64,000 bases of DNA from Pseudomonadales bacterium (GTDB taxonomy: Bacteria; Patescibacteriota; Microgenomatia; UBA1400; PJMF01), in NCBI GenBank assembly GCA_020632255.1, contig JACKFX010000004.1, positions 26,515-90,514 of the forward strand, in the 5' to 3' direction. Shown here piece by piece: positions 37,675 to 46,129 of the stretch. The translations under genes were made by a program, and so were the position numbers. Numbering within the stretch: the stretch's first letter is position 1; each line of letters opens with the position of its first letter. The notes below the pieces were generated by a model that was given only the letters and a program-made list of their open reading frames with translations, searched no databases and was not told where the DNA came from.

Positions 37675-37919
37675 ACCCTAGCATTTTTCTTCTTCACTTC
37701 CCTCCCCCCAAATGTAGGCACTACCATCCTCAAGGGTGTTTTTGAGGTTTGTGTTGGTCTTGGTCGGAACGTCACCACTAGGCTAAAAGGCGTCAAATCA
37801 TTGGAAAGTTCCGAGCAGAAGCGAACTGTTGGTGAGCGTCCAACGCAAACCCCATAAACCCCTTGCCTATTACTCTGAAAGTACGGTATGATGAAACATA
37901 GTAGCAATGCGCACGTACT

Positions 37920-38699
37920 ATGCTTAAAAAAAATCCTTTATACCAGTCAGGACAAGTGGCCGTTGTGGTGCTGCTTATCATGGTCGTTTTATTGACCATT
38001 GGTTTGTCTTTGGCAACTCGAACTACTCAAGAATTATTCCTTTCTGACCAACAGGCAGACAGTGTTCGTGTTTTTAATGCAGCAGAATCTGGAATCGAAG
38101 AAGCTTTGAGTCAGGTTACCGAAGGACAGCAAACTCTTACTGTCGATGGTGTTGACGTCACCTTCGATGTCCAAGGTAGCAGTCGTCTCGAGGCACGCGT
38201 TGCTGAAGGAGCCAGTTTGCATCTCGATTTATCTGGGTATGACAACGATATTACGTTTAATTGGGCTTCTGAGGGCGATTGTACCAACCGCGCATCGTTA
38301 GTCGCCCATATCTTCTATGACGACTCTGGCACAACTCGATCAATTGCTATTCCATTTGGACCAAGTTGTGATGGTCATACCGATAACTTTATCGATGCAA
38401 ACACAATTGGGGGTGACCCTTATTATCATCGCTATGTACTTCAAGCAACACAAATTCCTTCTGGTGCGCTTTTCATGCGCGTGCGTCCTGTATATGCTGA
38501 TACCGATATTCTCGTAGAAGGAAATATTGGCTTCCCAACTCAGTATTACATCATTTCTTCTTCGGCTACCTACACAGAAGGTGACGAAGAGCGTAACATT
38601 GAAGTTTCTCGAACCTTGCCTGCTGGTCCAGCATATATGGATTACGCATTATATTCAGGAGGAGCTATAAATTCAGGAGTAGCTATCACGCAACTATAA
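37920..38699 (+). CDS. PilX-like pilus-associated protein with an N-terminal transmembrane segment
   Basis: GQVAVVVLLIMVVLLTIGLSLATRT resembles the PilX N-terminal domain. It sits directly upstream of pilMNO. Confidence 0.5.
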   Translation: MLKKNPLYQSGQVAVVVLLIMVVLLTIGLSLATRTTQELFLSDQQADSVRVFNAAESGIEEALSQVTEGQQTLTVDGVDVTFDVQGSSRLEARVAEGASLHLDLSGYDNDITFNWASEGDCTNRASLVAHIFYDDSGTTRSIAIPFGPSCDGHTDNFIDANTIGGDPYYHRYVLQATQIPSGALFMRVRPVYADTDILVEGNIGFPTQYYIISSSATYTEGDEERNIEVSRTLPAGPAYMDYALYSGGAINSGVAITQL

Positions 38700-38728
38700 G
38701 CGAATAACAATAGAAGAAAGCCTGCCCT

Positions 38729-39736
38729 ATGTCTACACTCGTTCTCGATATTGGTACCTACAGTATAAAGGCCATCGCTGGTAAGGCTGGTCCTAAACCC
38801 AAAATTGAGCGTATTGCAGAGGTTTTTAATACCACAGGTATTGCGGTTCCAACCGATGATGTGAATCAAGATAAACTCATTAATTTGATCGAGTCTGTGA
38901 TTGTCGACAACGACCTACCACGCACAGATGTTCGTCTTTCATTGCCCGAGTCAGTTATTTCCAGTAAAGTTATCGAAATTCCTCCTCTTAGTGACGCAGA
39001 GCTTGCATCTGCTATTGGTTGGCAAGCCGAGCAACACATCCCTATTCCTCCAGAAGAGTTGGCTCTTGAGTATCAAGTGCTGTATCGTCCGCCAAAAAGT
39101 GAAAAGCGACCAATGAGAATCATGTTGATTGGTGCTCGCAAGCAGGTGGTCGATCGGTACGTTGATATGTTCCACGCCCTCGGTATTGAGCCGTCACTCG
39201 TAGAAACACATATGCTTTCTCTGGTTCGCTCCCTGATGTTCACTGCCGAAGATCCGAATACCATGGTCGTCCACATTGGTGCCTCAAGTATGAATATGGC
39301 TGTTGTTCGTCAAGGTGAGATTGCGTTTGTGACGTCGCACATGAATGGGGGGCAGTTGTTAACCAAAGCCCTCGAAAAGTCTGTTGGCCTTGATCAAGAT
39401 CAGGCAGAAAAATACAAACGCACATATGGATTGGATGAGACTCAGTTCCAAGGAAAAGTTGCCCAGGCAATACTGCCGGGGATACAAGTCCTCTCGAATG
39501 AGATTAAGAAGTCAGTACAGTTTTTCGGTACCCAATTTCCCAATGAATCAGTTCAGCGTGTAGTTCTCTCTGGGGGGACTGCATCGATGCCAAACTTAGT
39601 GCAGTTTATTGCTCAAGAACTCGGTACAGAAGTATTAGTTGCAGCTCCATTTACTGGTGTTGAAGGTACCGTTCCAGAAACGATCAATCCTCCTGCTATG
39701 GGAGTGTGTATGGGATTACTCTTGAGAGAATTGTAG
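38729..39736 (+). CDS. pilM: Type IV pilus assembly protein PilM (actin-like ATPase fold)
   Basis: MSTLVLDIGTYSIKAIAGK… matches the FtsA/PilM family N-terminus. Confidence 0.85.
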   Translation: MSTLVLDIGTYSIKAIAGKAGPKPKIERIAEVFNTTGIAVPTDDVNQDKLINLIESVIVDNDLPRTDVRLSLPESVISSKVIEIPPLSDAELASAIGWQAEQHIPIPPEELALEYQVLYRPPKSEKRPMRIMLIGARKQVVDRYVDMFHALGIEPSLVETHMLSLVRSLMFTAEDPNTMVVHIGASSMNMAVVRQGEIAFVTSHMNGGQLLTKALEKSVGLDQDQAEKYKRTYGLDETQFQGKVAQAILPGIQVLSNEIKKSVQFFGTQFPNESVQRVVLSGGTASMPNLVQFIAQELGTEVLVAAPFTGVEGTVPETINPPAMGVCMGLLLREL

Positions 39737-39737
39737 T

Positions 39738-40355
39738 ATGGCAAGGTTAATTAACTTTGTAGCCAACCGCAGAAAACGTCTCACTCAGCAACAATTGCAG
39801 GATGAGAAGTGGTTTCGATATGCCATTATTGGGGTAATGGTTATCTTTGTGTTTTTTTTGATTGTGGTTAGTGTTCGCTTTTTCTTGGTCTATCGATTCA
39901 ATCGCCTTGAAGAGGATCAGGCGAACACACGTAAAGCAATTTCAGCTCAAGAAAATATCGAGAAGGATTACAACATTTTTGCTCATAAGTTGCGTGCGCT
40001 TTCCGATTTGTTTGGAAAACGCCAAGATAAGCAAGAAGCCATGGTGTACTTTTCACAAGCGTTCGGTCCCCATGTGATTATTAGTGGAATCGACTACTCG
40101 GAAGATGACAACAACATCGTCTCATTCACTTTGACTGCTCCAAGTGTTTTTGATCTAGAAAATGTGTTCAAAGTACTTGAGTCAGATGAAGTCAAGCAAA
40201 AGTATGCCAAAGTTGATCGTAGCGATTTGGGTCGTGGAGAAAATGGTGCCTACACGATCAAGCTTACTATCATCTTGGGTGTGTCGGATTACCTAGATGA
40301 GGTTGCAACTGCAGCGAGTGAAACGGCAGTAGACATAGGGGTATTGGAAGAATAA
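39738..40355 (+). CDS. pilN: PilN-like pilus assembly protein
   Basis: Single transmembrane helix, then a coiled-coil and periplasmic domain. Positioned after pilM. Confidence 0.6.
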   Translation: MARLINFVANRRKRLTQQQLQDEKWFRYAIIGVMVIFVFFLIVVSVRFFLVYRFNRLEEDQANTRKAISAQENIEKDYNIFAHKLRALSDLFGKRQDKQEAMVYFSQAFGPHVIISGIDYSEDDNNIVSFTLTAPSVFDLENVFKVLESDEVKQKYAKVDRSDLGRGENGAYTIKLTIILGVSDYLDEVATAASETAVDIGVLEE

Positions 40356-40359
40356 GATT

Positions 40360-41244
40360 ATGCCGGCAAAGAAACAACAATTTAATTACAAGTTGCTTTG
40401 GGTTACACGACGTAAGTTAGTGTACACTGTTGGTTTGGTTGTGCTTGGCTTAGGTTTGGTAGCGTTTGCAATCTATCCTCAAATTCGGGAAAGTTTAGCT
40501 CTTAACACTAAATATTCTAAACAGGCGCCGACTTTAACAAAACTAAAATCAAAGTTAGTTGAACTACAATCAATAGATTCTACAGAGGAGTATTCACAAG
40601 CTTCTATCGTTAACTCTGCCCTTCCCTCAAGAAAACCATTACTTGAGTTTTTGACAAGCTTAAACACAATCGCAGTGAAAAACAATATTTCTGTCACTAA
40701 TTTTGAGTTGACACCTGGAAATATTTCAACAGATAGTGCTGATACTACTACCTCTAAATCAAAAGTGAATACTGATGTTGATTCAATGGAATTAGATCTT
40801 GAGATTGAAGGCAGTTTCGATGAGCTGCAGCAATTTTTGCTTGATATTGAAAGAATTTCACCGTTTACTACCATTACTCAGCTTTCACTCGGACAAGGCG
40901 CCTCTGCTGCTGATCGTGGCACTAACAAAGCTATCAGGGCTAAGCTGAGTACCAGTACGTATTTCTTTACCCAGTCTATCAAGGCACCCGTTGATGCTCC
41001 ACTTCCTGAGTTGACCGCGCTAGATAGAAATGTCTTGACTGCTTTGTCACAATTCCAGGACCATGGTCTTCCAGAACAAACAGAGATTGTTGGTGGCGGT
41101 GTTGAAGACCCTTTTGGAATCTCAAAATTGCAGATATTAGATGAGTTAGGCGGACAACTCCCGACTAATGATCTGGGAGCGCTTCAGGAAGAGTTAGAAG
41201 TAACACAAGCTCAAGATAAAGCAGTCTTTGACGCTCAGGATTAA
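40360..41244 (+). CDS. pilO: PilO-like pilus assembly protein
   Basis: N-terminal transmembrane helix and a periplasmic domain. Positioned after pilN. Confidence 0.55.
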   Translation: MPAKKQQFNYKLLWVTRRKLVYTVGLVVLGLGLVAFAIYPQIRESLALNTKYSKQAPTLTKLKSKLVELQSIDSTEEYSQASIVNSALPSRKPLLEFLTSLNTIAVKNNISVTNFELTPGNISTDSADTTTSKSKVNTDVDSMELDLEIEGSFDELQQFLLDIERISPFTTITQLSLGQGASAADRGTNKAIRAKLSTSTYFFTQSIKAPVDAPLPELTALDRNVLTALSQFQDHGLPEQTEIVGGGVEDPFGISKLQILDELGGQLPTNDLGALQEELEVTQAQDKAVFDAQD

Positions 41245-41375
41245 GTTGAACAACCTGTTGTTGGTGAAGTTACGGATGATGGTGCTGGATCAGTGACAAA
41301 CGAATAGTTTACAGCACTACCAAATGGGCCAGGCTTTCAGCCTGGCCCATTTTAGTTTCATTCAATTAAGAAAAT

Positions 41376-41621
41376 TTATTCTTCGTCCTCGTCTTCTGCT
41401 AAATTTATGTAGGCATGAATGCCTTCTTTGACAGCACGGATTTTTCCGATGTTACGGATAGATTGGATGACTGAGCCACCTTTTCCGATGACACGACCAA
41501 TATCGTCTTTATGGACGTGAATGGTATACACGGCACCGCGATCATCTTCTGATTCGACAACTTTGACTTCCTCAGGGTGTTCAACTAAGTGGATCAAGAT
41601 ATATTCGATTAAATTTTTCAT
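41376..41621 (-). CDS. KH-domain RNA-binding protein (YlqC/UPF0109 family)
   Basis: The GxxG loop (VIGKGGSVIQSIRNI) is present. It lies immediately downstream of rpsP, as in many bacteria. Confidence 0.8.
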   Translation of the reverse strand: MKNLIEYILIHLVEHPEEVKVVESEDDRGAVYTIHVHKDDIGRVIGKGGSVIQSIRNIGKIRAVKEGIHAYINLAEDEDEE

Positions 41622-41668
41622 GCAGACTACTTTCTAGTTCTTGGTTGTTAGGAGAACTGCAAGATGAA

Positions 41669-42091
41669 CTATTCTGCAGCTTTCTCTGATGTTTCAGGTT
41701 TAGTGTCCTCTGCGGCTGGGGTTTCTTCAACAGCAACTTCAGCTGGAGCTTCTTTCTTTGGAGCTTTTGCAGCAGCTTTGGACTGCTCAGCAGCTTCTTG
41801 TGCCTTAGCTTTTGCCTTTTTTGAGGGGACAGCTTTTTTGGCTGGGAATGGATTTCCAGATTCATAACGAGCAGCGAGGTGTGCAACGGTTTCAGTTGGC
41901 TGGGCACCTTTTGCGAGCCATTCTTTGTAGAGTTCCATGTTCATTTCGAGAATTTTTGGAGTTTGAGTTGGTGCATAGTGACCAATAAGATCGATGTAAG
42001 CTCCATCACGCTTTGAGCGTGCTTCGTTTACAATAATACGATAGTGTGGCTGATTTCTTTTACCAAATCGAGCGAGTTTGATTTTAAGCAT
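41669..42091 (-). CDS. rpsP: 30S ribosomal protein S16 with an Ala/Lys/Glu-rich C-terminal extension
   Basis: MLKIKLARFGKRNQPHYRIIVNEARSKRDGAYIDLIGHYAP is the S16 core. Confidence 0.9.
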   Translation of the reverse strand: MLKIKLARFGKRNQPHYRIIVNEARSKRDGAYIDLIGHYAPTQTPKILEMNMELYKEWLAKGAQPTETVAHLAARYESGNPFPAKKAVPSKKAKAKAQEAAEQSKAAAKAPKKEAPAEVAVEETPAAEDTKPETSEKAAE

Positions 42092-42239
42092 ACTTTGTGT
42101 ATCTTTATTTAGCTTTTTTTTTATACTAGTGTTCTGTTAGAGCATTCTGTGATCAGTGTTCTGTCTGACTACAGAAACCAAATTATACTCTACATCTGGA
42201 TTATTATCAAGTTGTTTTGTAATTCTGATCTATAGAGAA

Positions 42240-42911
42240 TTACTCTGTCATATCAGGGTACTTTTCCAATGCTTTTTGAGCAGCATCCTGTTGAGCTCGT
42301 TGTTTGCTGGTTCCAATTCCGGTGGCAACTTTCTTTCCATCGACAATCACTTGGATAGTAAATTCCTTGTCGTGGTCAGGTCCTTTTTCGGTGATTACTT
42401 GGTATTCAGGAGTTTCATGGCCAAGTGCTTGGACCACTTCCTGGAGATGGCTCTTTGGATCCTTATACAGCTTATTTTTGAGGATCAGGTCAATTTCGGT
42501 GAAAAGCTCCGTGTGCAGGAATTCACTGACATTTTGAAGGCCCTGATCGAGGTACAGAGCCCCAATCACTGCTTCCATAGTGTCTGCGAGTAGACCTTCG
42601 TTAGTGCGACCACCTGTGGCTTCCTCTCCCTTACTCATGTATAAAGCCTCACCAAGGCCTAATTTTGTTGCAACTTTGGCTAAGGTGGTAGTTTTAACCA
42701 AGGCGCTCCGGTAAGCAGTTAAGATTCCCTCAGGTTTATTCGGAAATTTGTTGTATAAAAATTCGGTGGTAATTAACTCCAACACGGCATCACCCAAGAA
42801 TTCAAGACGTTCATTAGAGATGTCTGCAGATTCGTTGTTTTCGTTGAGTGCGCTGCGGTGTGTGAGGGCGTTTGTAAGTAATGCTTCGTTTTTGAAAGCG
42901 GGTATCTTCAT
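42240..42911 (-). CDS. rnc: Ribonuclease III
   Basis: The signature NERLEFLGDAVLEL and a C-terminal dsRBD are present. Confidence 0.92.
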   Translation of the reverse strand: MKIPAFKNEALLTNALTHRSALNENNESADISNERLEFLGDAVLELITTEFLYNKFPNKPEGILTAYRSALVKTTTLAKVATKLGLGEALYMSKGEEATGGRTNEGLLADTMEAVIGALYLDQGLQNVSEFLHTELFTEIDLILKNKLYKDPKSHLQEVVQALGHETPEYQVITEKGPDHDKEFTIQVIVDGKKVATGIGTSKQRAQQDAAQKALEKYPDMTE

Positions 42912-42916
42912 AGGCT

Positions 42917-43186
42917 TTATCCCAGTTCTATCTCTTCGGTGACAACAGCAGCCAATTCTCTGACTGTGGTGACACTCTCCTCTTCCTCGATAGCGACTGG
43001 GTCAAGTTGAATATTGAAGTGGCCGTTGAGAACTTTAATGAGACGGGTCAAATCCTCCTCTGCGACTTCAAGTTCATCTTCCAAGTGCATATCTGGTAAG
43101 ATTTCTTCTACTTCGTTTCCTGTTTCTGCCGAAATAATTTCGCGAACAGTCATGAGTGTTTTAGTATAGAGTTCTTCATTAATCAT
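42917..43186 (-). CDS. Acyl-carrier-protein-like small acidic protein that lacks the canonical DSL phosphopantetheine serine
   Basis: Size, acidity and a four-helix pattern fit an ACP. It sits directly upstream of rnc, as acpP does in Bacillus. The …PDMHLEDELEV… region has no Ser in the attachment position. Confidence 0.35.
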   Translation of the reverse strand: MINEELYTKTLMTVREIISAETGNEVEEILPDMHLEDELEVAEEDLTRLIKVLNGHFNIQLDPVAIEEEESVTTVRELAAVVTEEIELG

Positions 43187-43652
43187 CGTAATCCTCTTCA
43201 AAGTCGTTATACTCAGAGTCTGCTTCTTCCGGCTCCTCTGTTTCTTTTACTAGCTCTTTTACATGTTCCTCTTCTGGAGGAAGACCACCTTCTGGAATGA
43301 GTAAAGTAGCGAGTACGCCATTCACAAACCGTGATGACGATTCACTGCCAAACTCTTTCGCCATCTCGACAGCTTCATTTATGAGCACCTTAATGGGAGT
43401 CTCTTTATGATCTGACTCAAAGACAATGGTACGCATGATGGCCAAGTCAACTTGGTTGATTTCGGACAATGGACGCTCTGGAGCAACTTTTTGCAGCCGG
43501 GCATCGATGTCATCAATAACTTGAAGCAGCCGGTGTACTGTAGATTCAGGATCTTTCTCTTCAAGACATCGTGCTTTATTGTCATCACTAAATGTGCACG
43601 CAAAAAGATCTTGCATGATTTTGATGCGTTTCTGGTGTCTATGGTCAGACAT
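43179..43652 (-). CDS. nusB: Transcription antitermination factor NusB, with an acidic C-terminal extension
   Basis: RHQKRIKIMQDLFA…INQVDLAIMRTIVFE… and the NusB fold are present. Confidence 0.8.
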   Translation of the reverse strand: MSDHRHQKRIKIMQDLFACTFSDDNKARCLEEKDPESTVHRLLQVIDDIDARLQKVAPERPLSEINQVDLAIMRTIVFESDHKETPIKVLINEAVEMAKEFGSESSSRFVNGVLATLLIPEGGLPPEEEHVKELVKETEEPEEADSEYNDFEEDYDD

Positions 43653-43690
43653 GCTGTCCTTTTCTTGTAGTTACTTCCGCAAAACGGATG

Positions 43691-43852
43691 TTATTTTTTG
43701 ATACCAACTTTTTTAAGGATATCATTAACAAGTGACTGTTTGTGAAGAGGAACTGCAGCTTTGTTGGAGTCCTTAGTAATAGTTGGACGGTTTCCGCGGC
43801 GACGCTTGCCTCTTTCAACGCTAGTAATTTTGTTTTTTGGTAATGCTCCCAT
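43691..43852 (-). CDS. rpmF: Possible 50S ribosomal protein L32 without a zinc ribbon. A 53-aa ORF below the ORF-track size cutoff.
   Basis: Its translation MGALPKNKITSVERGKRRRGNRPTITKDSNKAAVPLHKQSLVNDILKKVGIKK resembles the L32 N-terminus (M-A-V-Q-Q-N-K-P-T-R-S-K-R-G-M-R-R-S-H). Confidence 0.35.
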   Translation of the reverse strand: MGALPKNKITSVERGKRRRGNRPTITKDSNKAAVPLHKQSLVNDILKKVGIKK

Positions 43853-44002
43853 GGGTGCCTTTCCTACTCGAAGCGGTTGCTTCGCTGTGTTTCTTCTGAT
43901 ATGTCACGTCAGGTGACGATTTTAGTATACCATTTTGAAGCAAAATGACACGAGGGTGTGATAGTACCACTCGTTGAGGAAAAAGACAATATGGGTTCTT
44001 CT

Positions 44003-46003
44003 CTAGTTTGCTAGAGGAATTTCTGTAGTTGTTTTTCTATCTGTGGCAAACAATGGTTCCCAATCATTTGGCAGTTCTTCATAGGTTTTTTGTGCTCTAC
44101 CAATCAGTTCAAGGTTTGCCCAGTCGGCGAACTGCAAGTCGCTGAAGCCATGTTGCATAGTGCCAAATAAATTTCCAGAACCCCGATTTTTGAGGTCAAG
44201 CTCTGCAAGTTTGAGGCCATTGTTTTCTTTACTGAAGGCTTCCAGGCGTTCTTTGCTGCTCATGCCGTTGGCGTTGCTAAACAGCAGACAGTAGCCTTGT
44301 TGGTTTGCGCGGCCGACGCGGCCGCGCAACTGGTGCAAACTGGCCATGCCAAAGCGCTCGGCAGCCTCAATAACTATGATGCTGGCGCGTTTGAGGTCCA
44401 GTCCAACCTCAACCATTGGGGTGGTCACCAGGATGTCGATTTCCCCTGCATAGAGATCTTTGATCACACTACTCTGCTCTGTTTTCTTTTGGCGGCCGTG
44501 CAGCAGGCCAAGGCGAAGCCCTGGATGTTGCTGCCTCATGAAGGCGCTCATGGCCTCAAAGGTTTCTGTGGCTGAGACCACATTTTCAAAAGCCAGGTGT
44601 TCGGAAGGATCAATAAACGGACAAACCACAATTGCTTGGGCGTGGTTTTTGGTTAGGTTTTTGGCCATCCAGTTGTATGAGTCTTCGCGTTTTGAGTCAG
44701 GAACGAGCCAGGTCTTTGTTGGCAAGCGGCCTGCCGGCATTTCATCAATCACGCTGAGTTGTAAGTGGGAGAAAATCGTCAACATTAAGCTGCGTGGAAT
44801 TGGAGTGGCCGACATGGTCAAAATATGTGGCATGTACGAGAGTCCCAGGGCGGCACTGCGTTGCCCTACACCAAAGCGGTGCTGTTCGTCATAGATGACA
44901 AGCGCAGGTTTGATGTTTTCAAGTCGGTTAATCACGGCATGCGTACCCACAAACAACGTAGGTTCTTTAGGAACTTCCAGTGGTTTGCGGCCACCAGTTA
45001 CCAACTCAACGTTTAGATCCGGAAAAAGTTTTACTAAACTCTCGGCATGTTGAGTGGCTAGGATTTTGGTTGGAGCAATAATGGCACTATTTTTGTTTTG
45101 CTCAGCAATAAGGTTACAGGCAATGCCTGCAACTACAGTTTTACCCGATCCCACGTCTCCAATCAGCAGACGGTTCATTGGTTCACTCTGGGAAATGTCT
45201 TTCAAAATTTCGGTCACACTCTTCTGTTGGGCATTCGTGAGGGAAAATGGAATACTGGCCGGAATGGCAGCGGTCGGTTTGGCAGGGATTTCAAATGCTG
45301 GCGCGGTGTGCAGTTCTTTCCACTCCTGTTTGATGGCGCGCGAGCGCCGAATCAAGGCCAGTAATTCTTCAAGTGCCAGGCGCTCGCGCGCCAAAACCAC
45401 ATGGTCCACTGTCGTGGGAAAATGTATTTCATCAAAGGATTCCACCAACCTCATATGTTGTAGTTCTAAATCATTGGGAATTCGCAAATTATTTAAAATT
45501 TCCTTCAATACTCGCCGTTGAGTCCCCTGCTTTAACGGGATCATGGTGCTATATAAAGGCACCAATCGACCTGTGTGAATGTTTTCTTTTGCATCTCCGT
45601 GACTATCAAAAACACGCTCGATGGTTGGCTGGGCAATACTCTTATATTTTGGGTTATATGTGCCACTGACGTAGTACTCTTCTCCATCTTTAATGTTAGA
45701 AATCACGTGAGGATTATTAAACCACTGCAGTTTTACGGTTCCAGTTTCATCAGAAACTTTGGCAGACTGCATACTTCTGCGTCCTTTATAGAAGTTGCGA
45801 GCACTGCTCATTTTTCCACGCACTGTAATCAAATTTCCTGACTGTAATTCAGCAATCTGAGTGGTGTGCGATCGATCTTCATAGCGTAGCGGCACGGCCA
45901 GAACCAAGTCCTTAACAGTGCTATAGCCACGTTTTTCCAGTTTGGCATACAAGGCATCACCAATGCCTTTGACCTCATCTAGACGTGTTGATAAAAAGTA
46001 CAT
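44003..46003 (-). CDS. recG: ATP-dependent DNA helicase RecG
   Basis: Wedge domain plus helicase motifs (GDVGSGKT, DEQHRFG, TATPIPRSL, LHGRQKK…QLRGRVGR). Confidence 0.92.
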   Translation of the reverse strand: MYFLSTRLDEVKGIGDALYAKLEKRGYSTVKDLVLAVPLRYEDRSHTTQIAELQSGNLITVRGKMSSARNFYKGRRSMQSAKVSDETGTVKLQWFNNPHVISNIKDGEEYYVSGTYNPKYKSIAQPTIERVFDSHGDAKENIHTGRLVPLYSTMIPLKQGTQRRVLKEILNNLRIPNDLELQHMRLVESFDEIHFPTTVDHVVLARERLALEELLALIRRSRAIKQEWKELHTAPAFEIPAKPTAAIPASIPFSLTNAQQKSVTEILKDISQSEPMNRLLIGDVGSGKTVVAGIACNLIAEQNKNSAIIAPTKILATQHAESLVKLFPDLNVELVTGGRKPLEVPKEPTLFVGTHAVINRLENIKPALVIYDEQHRFGVGQRSAALGLSYMPHILTMSATPIPRSLMLTIFSHLQLSVIDEMPAGRLPTKTWLVPDSKREDSYNWMAKNLTKNHAQAIVVCPFIDPSEHLAFENVVSATETFEAMSAFMRQQHPGLRLGLLHGRQKKTEQSSVIKDLYAGEIDILVTTPMVEVGLDLKRASIIVIEAAERFGMASLHQLRGRVGRANQQGYCLLFSNANGMSSKERLEAFSKENNGLKLAELDLKNRGSGNLFGTMQHGFSDLQFADWANLELIGRAQKTYEELPNDWEPLFATDRKTTTEIPLAN

Positions 46004-46008
46004 AGGAG

Positions 46009-46114
46009 TTTACAACAAGTACAGCAAGCCCCCAGCCACTGTACTGACCACCATGCCAATAATGGCTACGATCGCAAAAATTTGTACAATTCGTTGTCGC
46101 GTTTTCTTTTTCAT
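46009..46114 (-). CDS. Possible 34-aa small membrane protein (MKKKTRQRIVQIFAIVAIIGMVVSTVAGGLLYLL)
   Basis: An unlisted small ORF between tyrS and recG. A basic N-terminus is followed by one hydrophobic helix. Confidence 0.25.
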
Positions 46115-46129
46115 GCGTAACTTTCTATC

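Noticed and set aside
37675-37920. Two overlapping minus-strand ORFs (37671..37907 and 37793..37999) in the spacer between the cassette and the PilX-like gene
   Set aside because: No motifs, and they overlap each other. The spacer may be a remnant of the pre-insertion intergenic region or regulatory DNA for the PilX-like gene.
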